A stretch of 64,000 bases of DNA from contig CM119372.1 in NCBI GenBank assembly GCA_051294905.1, forward strand, positions 37,946,001 to 38,010,000, given 5' to 3'. The notes under the pieces are model-generated. The model was not told where the DNA came from. It made no database searches and saw nothing but the letters and a program-made list of their open reading frames with translations. Made by a program: the position numbers and the translations under genes. This document shows, piece by piece, positions 39,047 to 51,754 of this stretch (the stretch's first letter is position 1; each line of letters starts with the position of its first letter). This DNA comes from Botryllus schlosseri (lineage: Eukaryota).

Positions 39047-40528
39047 CAGTGGTTCTCAACCTTTTTCACCTCGCGGACCGATAAAATTTCGAAACATATT
39101 TGGCGGACCGGTGAACCTTAAAAAATTGAAATCAACCCCAAATGTAATGTATCCAGCCGTTTTTCTGCAAGCATGGTATTAGAGCAGGAGTGACCAACCT
39201 TTTTGCTATTCAAGGCTGCATTTCGATTACTTATACGGCCTACGGCCGCATTCCAGGACATAGTCGCAATGAACTAACCGGACACCATACCCATGTTAAA
39301 CTGTGCAGTGTGCATGTCCAAGTCCATGTCCATTTCTGGTGAACTCCGGACTAATCTACTTTTTTATATCGTCTTACTATAGTCATCGCAATCACTACAT
39401 AGTGGTAATATTATGAATAACAACTGGGATCGGTTATGGTCGCGCAATGCGCGAATTTTTTTTCAGATTCACGAATGAATTTCGTCATTAATATTCGTAT
39501 AGTTTCACATATTACTATGAAATATATTTATCCTTTCTCAACCTAAGTGACCAGATCCATCGGTGGAGTTGAAGGAGGGAGTGTTTTCGAAAATTTAGAG
39601 CAAATGGATGCATCTTCGGGTGAACCAATTGTTCGTATAGTCACTTTGGTCCGTGTTGTTATTTCTTGACCTCCCAACCGGATTGTCGGTATAGTGGAAA
39701 GATAGTGGAATCTCCCAAATGTACCAGAATTCAATTTTTTTCGTGAGGAGCGCGCGATTTCAGATTGCTATTTCTATATGGGGTGCATCATTCTCCTCCG
39801 CTGTTCCCATCTTTACTGTGGGGCTCAGATTGCAACGCGCGCTACGACTACTTTAAAATCAAAAAATGAAGTCGCGTTGAAACGCGCGTAGCGTGGAGGA
39901 AATTTCAAGATTAAATAAATATCTCAAAAGTTCGAGAGACAATTCGTAAATTCCATTTTCATGTCTACGGCCGCCGACACATGCTAATTTAATTACGTGT
40001 CCACGGCCGCGCAAATTTCCTTCTACGGTTGCAGGTTGGCCACCCCTGTACTAGAGAGTGAAATAGTGAGGGTTTTGTTCGCAATTAAATATGTTTATGA
40101 TGGTATTCATTTTATTTTACGGTGTGGTCTGCTGAGTGCTGAGTCAATGTAAAATTGACTTGCACAGATTAACATGGCTAATTTCGAGCCGACGGCCGTG
40201 CATTAACAAACCGGGCAAACTGGAATAATATTCTTGAATCGATAATGAATGAGCGTACGTATTGCGCGGTTTAGCGAGTCAGCTCCTAGTTGGCGAGTCG
40301 CTCACATGTCGTCACCGGAGACAGCTTGAGCTTTAAGTCAAATCGAACATGTTTCCTCGCCTAATCCTAGCTCACGAATTTGTGCATCAGTTTAAAATTT
40401 GACGTTTTATATATTTTACCAATGGACAAACCTTCAACATCTTGCATCTTGAAATTAAGGTATAAAATCTAAATATACCTCGCGGACCGGCAGAAAAGTC
40501 GTCGTGGACCGGCGGTTGAGGACCACTG
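39047..40528. mobile_element. hAT element with a second hAT element nested at 39185-40048
   Basis: Outer TIRs CAGTGGTTCTCAACC / GGTTGAGGACCACTG with TSD ATATACAG; inner TSD TATTAGAG/TACTAGAG. Confidence 0.85.
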
Positions 40529-41143
40529 ATATACAGGACCGTAACCGCACAAGACCTGAAGAACTTCTTCGTGCGACGCATTCGAGTCCAAGTGGCATTC
40601 CTCACGGGCCGCATAATTTTTCTCCACGGGTGGCATTTGTAATGTCGGGCTCAGATGCCAGGACAAGAATATTAAGCGCCATCCATTTGGGCGCCCATGG
40701 AAAAAGGAATATTCGACACATATACATCGGTTTCAGTCACCGTCCGACGGATCTTTTGGTTCAAGGTTTCCTCGCCAAGCTTTTTGGCAGCACACTTCGC
40801 AGAGTCGCAAGCTAGCCTAAACGTCATTGTCAACGTTTTGGTGTGTCGTGATGCGGTAATGGCGGAAGCCGAAATGCTTATCTCTATAAATTATGCGTTT
40901 TTTTTTTCTTGGAGGAGGGTTACCCATATTAATATCCTGACAAATAACAAAAATAGATTTTAATAACGTTCTATAAATATTCAAAACATACTCTATACTT
41001 TTTGTTAATTTACGAAATAATTTTGGGCTCTCTTCGAGCTCCCACACCCCGAGTTCGGGTGCGTCAGTTACGGCTCTGAATGTATAGCCTACATGCAATG
41101 AGCTAAGGGTCATGAGTCAGTGGAAGAGTCTTGTGATCACAGT

Positions 41144-41489
41144 ACCGACAATTTGGCGCAATGCTAGAGCGCCCGGCTTCTTGTAGGTCGTGGATTCAAT
41201 CTCCGGCCAGGTCAGACCAAAGATCATGATCGGTTAAACGCGCTATCAATGGCTTCCCCGCTTGGCGCTCAGCATTTCCGGGATAGCATGCAGGCAGGGG
41301 TGATAAAAGACTTAGAAGGCCTTACAAGGCCATATCTGCACCTTCCTTATCCAGCGGCCTATACACACCACACATCATGCAATTTATGGTATATGCATAT
41401 GCACGGATCGTGTGTTTATCATATCATGAGTCGGTGTATATGCCGCAAAATACATCAAGGACTAAGATATAATACGTCCACTCCTTTCC
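41144..41489 (+). mobile_element. tRNA-derived SINE (family 2), diverged copy
   Basis: Colinear similarity to 25926-26260 (CCAAAGA...CTTCCC.GCTTGGCGCTCA...ATGAGTCGGTGTATATGCCGCA). Confidence 0.8.
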
Positions 41490-43316
41490 GTCAAATGTTG
41501 GCGGTGTGTAACTGTGTATATCGCTTGATGTTGAGTTATCGGCAAAGGTGATCCAAGCAGTCAGCGTTACTGCTCAAGTATAGCAGTAGCAGTAACACTG
41601 TGAGTTTATATTCAATTACCAGTAGAAGCACCAATTTTGAAGACATGTCAAGGTACGTTAAATGGAAGTTGAAAATGAATGGTCGGAAAAGTATTCAAGT
41701 AGGTAGTTTCAAAAAGACGATCTGGTCGAGGACGACTGACTACAAGATGTGTATTCGCGACCAACTCAAAATGGCCAATGACGATCCCAATAGGTGCAAT
41801 TTCCGAAAATATAATCAGTTACCTTGAAACAGGGGCTCTTTCACCCTGTTTCTACTTTCTAAAATTTGTTTGCTTGATCGCAATACTTTCAAGGGGGCCA
41901 GGTATAAACTAAGCAGTCGTATGACCTGTTAGGATACTAAAAGCAGTTGTACCCGCACGACGCACACTTTCCCTTCTGCCGCTAATAATAATAAGCAGTG
42001 GAAGTGTGCGTCATTGATTCGTTCGAATCTACTGTCATAATACCTCAAGGAAGCGAAATAATTTAATCTTAAACAATCTTCTTTACCGCATTGTAATGAT
42101 AACGAAATGCGAAGGGAAGTTGTTGGTATCGTAATCGCTTGTTTTTGAACAGAATGCGGCTTCGTACTACGATTACATTTCGGTAGATTTTGCAATGTTT
42201 GTTTATCATACCATCGACATATTTTATTGTACTAACTTGTTCAGATCAAGCCTGACCTTGTTAATTATCTTTACACAACATTGTAGGCCGACCGATGATG
42301 TCGATGATACTATCAACAATGAAGTACTCGTTATCGCAAAACCTTTTCCCGTCGATCAAAATATTCCGTTCCTATCTAGTAGTTACCTGATTGTTAACGC
42401 GTGTTGTTCTGTATGTTTTACTTTTTCCTGTCGTGATACATGATGAGTTGGTGATAATTGCTGCATCAAGCGGGATGAATCCGAGGTATTGTAAGGTTTC
42501 TTTGGTCGTGGCCGTGTATATAACACGTTCACGGGTGTGCTTTTGCAAGCCAACGATTGCACTTGTAAATTTAATGGTTCAATTTTATTGTGGGTTAATC
42601 CCTAGCGACTGCAGCGATAGTAACTTTCGATAATAAGTACTGCAATGCTGCATTCTGGTAACAATGTGAAACACTTAATGAAAATCAACGTTAATTTACA
42701 CTGTGAACTTGACAGGCACACTGATATTTGATATAAATATCCATCAACATACCTATGTTGGACAATTTAAGCGATTTATTCACTTGATTTATTTTTATTA
42801 AGTAAGTCACGGTAATCATCTTGTAATCAGAGTTAGACGCCTTGAAGACGGGATAATATTTTCTTATTCGATACTAGAGCGACTAGTGAGGCACCAATCC
42901 GACTCCAGTCAATCCGATTTCGGTGTCTGGATTAGTTTTCGGTTGCTCATTTCACCATCCGGATCATAGATGGATTATGAATCGATTCTGGGTATCAGTG
43001 CATTATCTTAAACGGCAATATATTTCAGTAATGAAGTATTTCTAATTTCTCGGAGTTCCGAAATTGATTTTGCCTATTATCACCGCTTACTCAAGTATAT
43101 TCAACTTACTTCCATTCCGACTTGGACAGTTGTCGAGGCAAAAAAGCTTACTCTTCTCACTTTGGATTTTTAAAAGACCAGAGTCGTTTTGAGAAAAAGT
43201 TGCGTCACATGTGTGAGCGAAATTGTCTGCAGAACAGCGTGGCAACGCCCCTGTATCCCGGTAACATAGTACATTTACCAAAGGTGAACTCATTTTAGTG
43301 CCATTATTCATCTAGC

Positions 43317-43518
43317 TAGGGTTACCATATGTCTTCCTTGATAGGATGATTTGTCCTCCTTGTTCATGAAATCGAAAATGTCCTCCGAGGACGCCTAAAT
43401 GTCCTACTCTTTGGTAATTCGTCCTCCTACATAGCTTCCACAGCCAAGCTAGCGGACAGGCACAACTAAAAACGGCATAAATGTCCTCCTTTCCCGATTC
43501 CAAAGTATGGTAACCCTA
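43317..43518. mobile_element. ~200-bp MITE, hAT-Tip100-like ends
   Basis: Perfect TIR TAGGGTTACCATA. Confidence 0.75.
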
Positions 43519-44953
43519 ATTTAGTGTCAGGCACGAAAATACATTTCGAATTTTGTAGTAGTCACCTTCCCAATAAAAGTATGCGACCCTTCTACTAATT
43601 TACTTTTTGAAGCTATTTACTTGAATACGTTTCAGTCCTATCGTTTTGAAAGATGCCATGACGTAGTTTTGACATGTCCTAAAAATACCTACTTCAACTT
43701 ATTAGTAAGTAGAACTTTGCTCTTACGTCCACACGAGCAGTAACGCTGACCATTTTAACCACCTCTGCATATATTCGGTAACTTAGAAACGTTTCGTTTT
43801 TAACCGTTCAATTCCAATTGACCAGCATTTATCACTTGTTCTTTTTCATCAACTGTCTGGCGAAAGTGTAATCATTGCGACCACAACTTGTACATTATTA
43901 TGTGTGTAATCATTACCGGTAACCACTAAATTGTAGAAAGACATGGTATTATATTTTCATGGAAAGGAAATATCGGTTTACCGCCGACGAAAGTCTATTC
44001 GCAAACTTTAGCCAACTCATTCGACCCATTTCAGCTGGAAATCTTTTCACCGGTGACTACACACACACAGTCCACAGTCTCGTGTTTTATGCAGCATTGC
44101 TATCATATTTCCATCGATTAGTATTTACACCCGCTTCCGCGGTCGAGCTGATATTACTAACCCGGTTTAAGGTAGGCCGTTTCGCAAAGTTTATATGTTA
44201 CGGCCGAATGATGAATATACTTAAACAGCATAAACAATCACATAATATCGATATGGATATGGATGCATGTCTCGATGTATTTGTATAACAGCAAAACAAC
44301 ATTACAACCTATTAGAGCGGGACATAGACCGGAGCCAGACTGGATGTCCAGCCGGATTTTCTTTTTCATTTTTGATAGGAGCAGGATTTACAGTTTTTCT
44401 GATACGGTTGGAGTCGGATCGCTATTGATGCTATTGCAGTAACTGCCAATTACGCGCGAGCAGCCGCCAATACAAACCTGTTTTCAATAAAATAAAAAAA
44501 CTGAGTTCTTATTGTCATATATGTTGTTGCAATGTTCAATATGTAACCTGAACGCGGATCACGTGGCAACGAGAAGGTAAACCCTCATCACTGAGGTAGG
44601 AATAGTGAGTATACCTCGGTCTGACTCGTACCCGCAACATGGTGTTGCAGCTATGGTTCACACCACTACGCTACCTCGCTTTGGGGATTCCGCTGAGGTT
44701 TGTACAATGTAAATCAGCGTAATTGTTCAGCATGTTCAATTGCTCGTGCATGCTCGAGCTAATAGAGTTAATTTCCTTTTCACAACACTGCAACTGGATC
44801 GCTTGTGTCACGCAAATGTATTGCTAACATGAGCAACAATTAATTACTCTCGGTAGCAATACGCTTTCCAGCCAGTATTAATTTGTTGTTATATCGGGCA
44901 TGGTCATTAAGCGATTCCTGTATTAACCACTTCCTGCCCCACTCCGTCTAAGC

Positions 44954-45270
44954 CAGTGGTTCTCAACCTGGGGAGCGCGCTCCCTTGGGGGACGTGAAAG
45001 CATCTGAAGGGGGCGCGAAGAAGCGGTCCACTGAAAAAAAAATTTGCGCTCTGCGCGATTTACCTCCAAGTCACGCGTGTTTCTCCATATATAGATCGAA
45101 TTTCCTATTTTTGAATTCTCTCATCAGCAGTAATAACCTTACATGCCACCAAACAATCTGCTGGGGTTGCTAGCATCCCGGTTGGATTTTGTGATACGAC
45201 GATAAGGGGGGCGCGAAATTTTTCTCTGTCATAAAGGGGGGCATGTCTACAAAAATGTTGAGAACCACTG
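44954..45270. mobile_element. hAT MITE
   Basis: TIR CAGTGGTTCTCAAC; perfect TSD GTCTAAGC. Confidence 0.9.
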
Positions 45271-45863
45271 GTCTAAGCGATGGTATGCCACATCAGTAAA
45301 TGTAAGGCAGGTAAGCGAGTTCTCTCTGACTGAGCTCTGGGATATTATGACTGTTCGGTGTTCGCATGCCTGCAAGGATACGGTTCCATAATCCATACGA
45401 TCTTTTCTCCCGCTCGCGGAATATTAGTCCACTTCGTTTGTGTGTAGAGGGTTATCGTATTGGTTATTCTAAGGAAAGAAATTTCTTACTTTGCAGAATC
45501 AATTTGAATGAATAAGTAGTGGAGCTGCGGCAATGCGGGCGTAATGTGAAACACCGAGTAGACAGATTGATCGCGAGACGTGTTTACATCAATCGGCGTA
45601 GAAATTCGAAAGCCAAGACGACAGCCACCATCAGAGAAGGTTAATAGGGAAAACAATGAATCAATAAGATGTTAAGTGCAAATATGGTATCTCGTACAGA
45701 CGTGGCATAAGAACATAAATGCTGGGATGGGCGTTTAACAGTGAAGTTTTTGTCCGTTTTAAAATTACAGAAGACATTATTAGGAATATATAATATTGGA
45801 AGCGAGTTACGGTTACTCACAACATACCTAGTCAGTGTAGTCACTCTGGACGTCAGTGTAAAC

Positions 45864-46560
45864 CAGGGCTGGCCAACCTTTTCAGCCAAAGGGCCACATT
45901 CGACTGACGAACTATTGCGCGGGCCACTAGCCGCGCGAAGCGCGAAATTTTTTTAAGTTTCATAGGTCAATAATATTGTCACTTGACTATATTGTGGGCC
46001 TGTTGTCTATCGCTGGGCTCAGTTTGCGAGGACTGAGCTATTCGGCGCATGGACATATCGATATCGAAAGCTGCGACCAACATGCGTCAATCATTTCGTG
46101 CCTAGGTTTCATGGTTGACGGCCTTACTGCGAGCGCAAACGCAATGTCGCATATGTTCAACGACGCTTTGTCTCGTAATCGAGAATATAGTTAGACTCAA
46201 TCTGATACATTAGGTATTCTTCCATTTTCACAAAAGGGCAACAATATTAAAAACAAGAAATCAAGTGACAACATGTTGCACCAAGCTTGTAGAAAATTTT
46301 TACATTTGATAAATCTATCGCAAATTATTCTGCTTTATTGTAGTGTACGAAGATCTACCAATATGTGAATGGCTGATGGATCTGTCAATGCGTCGGAACT
46401 GATATTTTAGTCATCACATCTCAAGTGTTGCGGCCAGACTAATCAAATGTTTGGTTCGCCTTGCAAGTTCACAATCCATTTTTGATGATATTAGAAATTT
46501 CGGAAATTATCTCGCGGGCCACTCAAAACCTTCTCGCGGGCCACGGGTTGGCCGGCCCTG
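45864..46560. mobile_element. hAT MITE (CAGGGCCGGCCAAC family), inverted copy
   Basis: Perfect TSD GTGTAAAC; reverse-complement homologue of 5731-6452. Confidence 0.9.
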
Positions 46561-47121
46561 GTGTAAACGAATACGAGAATTAGATAATCGTCAGATTATA
46601 TTTTTAACTGAACAAAACACACACTCCGGAGGCCAGGAATCTTTCTCCGAAGTCAAAAGTGATACAGCAGTGTGACCACAGATATTTGAAGTATATTTTT
46701 GTGTAACTAGGCTATTATATTTCCAATGAAACCTGCATATCACAGTTTCGCATTGGAGCAGTGAATACCTACGTTTTGGTCAATTTCAACAAAAATATGA
46801 ACGCAGTGTGCACTTTTAGGCCTTGCTGGAATCAGGTGTCAATGTCAGCGTCTCATTCCTAATCATGAACATAATGACATCTGAACGCCGCTGTCTGATG
46901 GTAATAATGACATTTGCTGTCTTGAGGGATTATTTGATGAATGTATTTTAAAAATCACATAATTGTTAGAGATGTGCTGGATAATACAGCCATTTTTCAA
47001 TCTACTCAGAATTGCTTCGCGGGCCGTATGTTTGACACCCCTGCTTTAATGCGAGAAGCGTCAGTATGCGATGTTTTACTTTAAACGCGATAGTTTACCC
47101 ACGCATCAGTTCACCTATGGG

Positions 47122-47314
47122 CAATGTTCCCTCTAAGCTGCGCACTTGCGCAATTGTGCAGTGCTGACACGATCTCTGCGCACAGAAAATCTAAGCTGCG
47201 CACAAAACAATCCGAAATGATGACCATTTTTAGTCACTACGTACTGTTGTACAAGGGACGGCGCAGTGAGTTGGTGAGTGTGCGCAGCCTCGTGACAAAT
47301 TAGAGGAAACATTG
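47122..47314. mobile_element. ~190-bp hAT MITE about 100 bp upstream of the gene B start codon
   Basis: TIR CAATGTTCCCTCTAA; TSD CCTATGGG. Confidence 0.9.
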
Positions 47315-47411
47315 CCTATGGGCCTCTCTTTTTCGTAGTGCGTGTAAATATATTTCATTTTCTCCTGTTCGAGTAGAATCACTAAGGTAGAAACTTGACT
47401 AACGGAACTCA

Positions 47412-47523
47412 ATGGAGAAGTTAGAGGAAGTATTGGATTCTATTTACTCGAACTTTTCTGACGAGATCTTCGATTCGGATATCGAGGACGATTGCGGAGG
47501 AGATGTGGAGTCGATATCGAGAA
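47412..47523 (+). CDS. piggyBac-derived gene B, first coding exon (MEKLEEVLDSIYSNFSDEIFDSDIEDDCGGDVESISR)
   Basis: 112 nt, GTAAGT donor in phase 1; paralogous to 26819-26930 and 61690-61801. Confidence 0.8.
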
Positions 47524-47729
47524 GTAAGTCTCGAGGCTTATACACGCGCTGTACCCTACAGAAAGACCGTTCCATGTATGAAATATCAGCTGAGTTTCTT
47601 GCAAATGAAGATTCGTACTTCGCTCGATATATAGTGTATAGTTTGTACTCCGCATTGGGTACGATGTAGCCAATAAGTTGAATCATTAATGGAATCGCAA
47701 ATTGCAAGCGCTACGGTACGTTGTTTCAG

Positions 47730-47849
47730 GTCAACTACGTTCATTACCAATCGATTTGAACTCGTCTTCCAGCAGATCGGAGTCGGATCTTGACTCTGGG
47801 TACTGTGATGTGCGCAACGATAGTCAGGAAGACGGCAGCTGTTCTCCAG
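47730..47849 (+). CDS. Gene B acidic/Ser-rich exon (QLRSLPIDLNSSSSRSESDLDSGYCDVRNDSQEDGSCSP)
   Basis: TTTCAG acceptor, GTATAT donor, 120 nt, phase 1/1; shares LRSLP with gene A repeated exons. Confidence 0.7.
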
Positions 47850-48486
47850 GTATATTATATGCAGAGATCCACTACGTAATATGTGAAATTACTTCAAACT
47901 ATGTATTGGCGAGTCGGCATTTCAGGCATGAAAATAATCTGAATACGAATAGTAGAATACATCGGGGCTCAGCGGACTTGCACACAGACTATCAATCTAT
48001 AGCTATGCTGTCAACTACTGTTTAAGTGGTTATATGCCTAGCTGCGGTTTTTGAAAAGTGGATAGTTCTATTTCTATTTCTAGCTGCGCATTTCAAAATA
48101 AATCTTATAGTTGTAGAATGACTATAAACACGTGTCGTCGTTTGGCGTGAATCGCGATACCGACGTTGCTGCTCATGTTGTGTGATGCTCTTGCGGTCAT
48201 TGCTAGCTCAGAGTCATCACTACCACGACTGGCGTAGGGATGGGTTATGGCGATCGGAACCACGACCATTTCAAACTCGAAACCCCGTCCTTTTGAAATG
48301 CCGACTCTATGTTCAATATTTCTAAGCTCGTTTGCAATTCTGTAATTCGTATTATCAGTTATTAGTAGGGCGATTTCTTTACCTTAAAAAACGTAATTTT
48401 GACCAAATTTTGACCTCATGTATGTAAATTTGGTGTTTTCCCACATAATGTTAGAATTTGAAGAGACTCTTTTGGGTACAGAACCT

Positions 48487-49480
48487 TAATACACATTTTA
48501 ATATTATATTCATCGCAGAAATATATTAAAACCCGAATCTTTTCGAGCTGACACTCTTCAAGGGCAATCGTCAGAGAATGGAGAATTTCAAAAACATGCA
48601 TCTAGCTACATTGCATACAACCCAATATGACGTCATAGAAACAAACAACATGAAATACAGTCAAACCGCGAGTGCAGCTATAGTGGCAAATTTTTAGATT
48701 GACTAAAAATTCCTTCTGCTGACACAAGCGCGGTCGGTGGATTTTAATGAAAGTCGATTCCAGTGCAGACAGATGGAAATGAGTACAGCCTTTACCTAAT
48801 ATAGAGAATCTTTCGTCGCGATAGTTTTTAGCGTAAGTTGCATTCTCAGCCAAATGCTTGCCGATGGCAGAGTTCATAGCCATGGCCTGATTACGTTCTA
48901 GTAATCGCAGATCAGTTACGGCTGCATCTTCGCGAGAGTATAATGTGCGTGATCTAATAACGCTCGGAACATGCTGTTTGATGCGTTCCTGCAAGCGCTG
49001 AGTTGTTCTTCCCACGTACCGACAATCACAGTGGCACTTGAAATCATAGACTTTAGAAGCAGGAAGAACATCTTTGCGCGTTGCAGGAAGCAATTGTTAG
49101 GTGGTAAACGCAACATTAGTTTTTACGTTATCGTAACAGCGATTTACAGCAGAAATCAATTGTTTTTGAAAACGGGAAGAGATGGGGCTCAGCCACGGTA
49201 AATGTATATATACATTCTCCTCAGACCGTGTGTTCGTGTATTGTAATTTGCTGGGATTGAAATTACGGAGTTTTCTGTCCACAGAACTCTTGATGATATG
49301 TTCGGGGTACCCGTTATCGATTAGAATTTTGCGGATGTATTCTAGCTCCGCGTTTAATTTTACATCCAAACATATCATCAAGGCTCTGACGGGGTTCTGA
49401 CGATTGCCCCTGAAGAGTGTCAGCTCGAAAAGCTTCGGGTTTTAATATATTTCTGCCATGAATATATTATTAAAATGAAT
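48487..49480 (-). mobile_element. 5'-truncated Penelope-like retroelement with GIY-YIG endonuclease (inactive)
   Basis: ELEYIRKILIDNGYP...HLPW...then a stop at 49097-49099...VYDFKCHCDCRYVGRTTQRLQERIKQH...SAIGKHL...ESTFIKIHRPRLC; terminal repeat present in inverted orientation at both ends (about 48487-48573 and 49396-49480). Confidence 0.88.
49406..49440 (+). ncRNA. Minimal type-I hammerhead ribozyme motif in the Penelope terminal repeat
   Basis: GCCC-CUGAAGA-GUGUCAGCUC-GAAA-AGCU-UC-GGGU: conserved core boxes, GCCC/GGGU helix I and palindromic AGCU at helix III; helix II is weak. Confidence 0.65.
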
Positions 49481-51634
49481 GTTAGAATTGTACTATTTAT
49501 CTGCATTTCTGGTTGGAACTGTCTGTCCTTACGAAGTAGTTTGGCCTGAAAAAACTTATTTGACTTGCAAAACCTGTACCTATGAAGAATTCCAGCAGTT
49601 ACATCACGCACTATGGTGGCAATAATTAAAATTTGCTGTAGTACAACGAAAGATACTTACCTATATTCTCGGGTATAAAGTGTCTGTCCCTACTACAAGG
49701 AGCTTGCCGAGAATTGAGAGAGAACGCTCAACAGCAGCAGTTGTTGGCTGCCAACGCTGAAGTTGTGCGTACACTGCTGGTGACACGCCGTGTTGCTTCA
49801 TTCTGATAATGTTGTCTACATCACGATTTCTCATCAGGCGCTTCTTTTTATAAGAACCAATGCCCACGCAGTCTTGCTTCAGTTAGGACAGAGGTCTCAA
49901 ACTCAAATGTGCTCGCGGGCCAGTTTTCCCGTTTTGACGACGCCGCGGGCCGCAGCTTTTATAGGGGTATTCTATGTCTTTCCAAGTAAGCCTTATTTGG
50001 CGGGAATGAATTGTCCTATTGAAAGTGAGCCGATCCAGCAGACTATAAGTAAACACACATCGTCAAAATGTGATTTACTCTTGTATAAATTTAGGCCTGG
50101 CAAGAAAAGACTCATCACATTTATAACTATTTGAATAGAATTGTTGTTGTACTTGATATATATTAATTATAACATATAGACACGATATGGGCGGACAAAT
50201 GTATGATGCCATCATTAAAGCTATCGGGTTATAATTTTGCAGCTACTATGAATATTTTGAATTTACCAGATTGATAATAGAGACTGATCTAATATCAAAA
50301 GATTTTGAGGTTGAGCATTGTAATTCCAATCCAGGATTCGGGTATACTTCTGATAAGTAGGCTATTAACTCACGGCCAAATATCTTCAAATATAGGAGCA
50401 AAAACAAATATAAATATAATATAAATGTATTAATGAATGTGTCCTGGTGATTGAAATGTCGCAACGCCGAACGGTCCATTGTTGTGACATCGTTGGGGCG
50501 TACCACTACGGTACTCGGTATCTGTAAGTGACCTTAATAACATGGTTTAGCGACCAAAGATGTAACTGACAGATTGCCAATGGTTGTCATAACTACTTGC
50601 TTAGCGAAATACCAAGCTGCGACCTTCTGATCTATTACTATTCCCCTGATGCGCGATTAGTTTGTTGCGTCCATGGTTCTAACAAATTCACCGCATTCCG
50701 AGTCAGTCGGAGTCCACTCGAGTCATTTTCATTATGCCATCGAGTTAGCCCAAGTCTGAGTATTTCCAAGAAAGGTCGCGTCCTAGTCCAACTCACAAAT
50801 TTCAGTCACGAATCGTCTAAGGGTCAGGTTTCTTCATCATGAATTTGAAATGTGGCGAAATAGTCAATCTTCCACTGCATGGTAGCGTTTGCAATTGATT
50901 TGATTGCGAAGTTTCATGAATAGTTTCTGGCTTTCGGGGCAATTTAGGAGGGGATTTTTACTTAATAACCTGAAAAGATATATGTGACACTAAAATATTT
51001 TCAAATTATTAAAATTCTGAAATGTCGTCGCGGGCCGCGTGTTTGAGACCTCTGAGTTAGGATATGTGGCACGTTCAGCATAACACCGTGTCAACCTATT
51101 TGTTTCATTTGGCTGTTTATGAGCAGATAATGAGCCGTCTATAAAACGGTAGGCCTATAAAGTAGGTTAAACGCTGTAAATTGCCAAATGGTAAGGTCAC
51201 CGACAGTGCAAGCATTTACGATACAAACGAAATGAATGTGGCAAAAAAAATTGACTTTGTAAACAATTTTGACAATTTTTTGACCTAACGCTACAATTTT
51301 GACAAAATTTTGACGTATTTAAAATGTTAAAAAATCGCCCTAGTTTTCAGTCGGTTGTGTTTTAGTTAGTACTAGTTCTAGTTGTGAGTTTTGAACAGTG
51401 AATACCTCTAGTTCTATTATTCTAATTGCGCATCTTGAAAATCCAGTGGTTTCTATAAGTCTGAAGCTCAATCTCTGCCGCACCACATTATTGCAACCTG
51501 AAGTTTAGCAGAGAGACCTCCAATATTGCTTCTCGGAGCATAAGGCACTGTCATGATTTGTGCGTCGCAATAGTCACGAAGGATATTAATACTTGTAGAC
51601 TAGACCCTATTGGTTTACCTTTATTGTGTTGTAG

Positions 51635-51754
51635 GGAAGCTGTCGTTTTCGGCGAAAGATTTGGACTCATCTCTGAGCATATCAGATACGGCTGTCGAGT
51701 CTGAAAATGCTGTTGCTTCCTCAAATCATGACGAAGACATCGATTGGTCACCAG
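51635..51754 (+). CDS. Gene B acidic/Ser-rich exon (KLSFSAKDLDSSLSISDTAVESENAVASSNHDEDIDWSP)
   Basis: TTGTAG acceptor, GTAAAT donor, 120 nt, phase 1/1; same length and same SP-G end as 47730-47849. Confidence 0.68.

Larger units (their letters stand above)
48366..51342 (-). mobile_element. Decayed hAT-like element (TAGGGCGATTT ends) with nested Penelope-like element and hAT MITE
   Basis: TIRs TAGGGCGATTT / AAATCGCCCTA; remnants QPTTAAVERSLSILGKLL and KLLRKDRQF resembling a hAT C-terminal dimerisation region; partial relative at about 23221-23655; nested MITE 49889-51054 with TSD AGTTAGGA. Confidence 0.7.

Noticed and set aside
40535..40880. GC-richer unique stretch with overlapping short ORFs
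   Set aside because: No motif, splice pattern or paralogue found.
44923..44945. TTAACCACTTCC as a possible piggyBac left TIR for gene B
   Set aside because: I found no complementary end downstream of 55510 by eye, and the paralogous region upstream of gene C lacks it.
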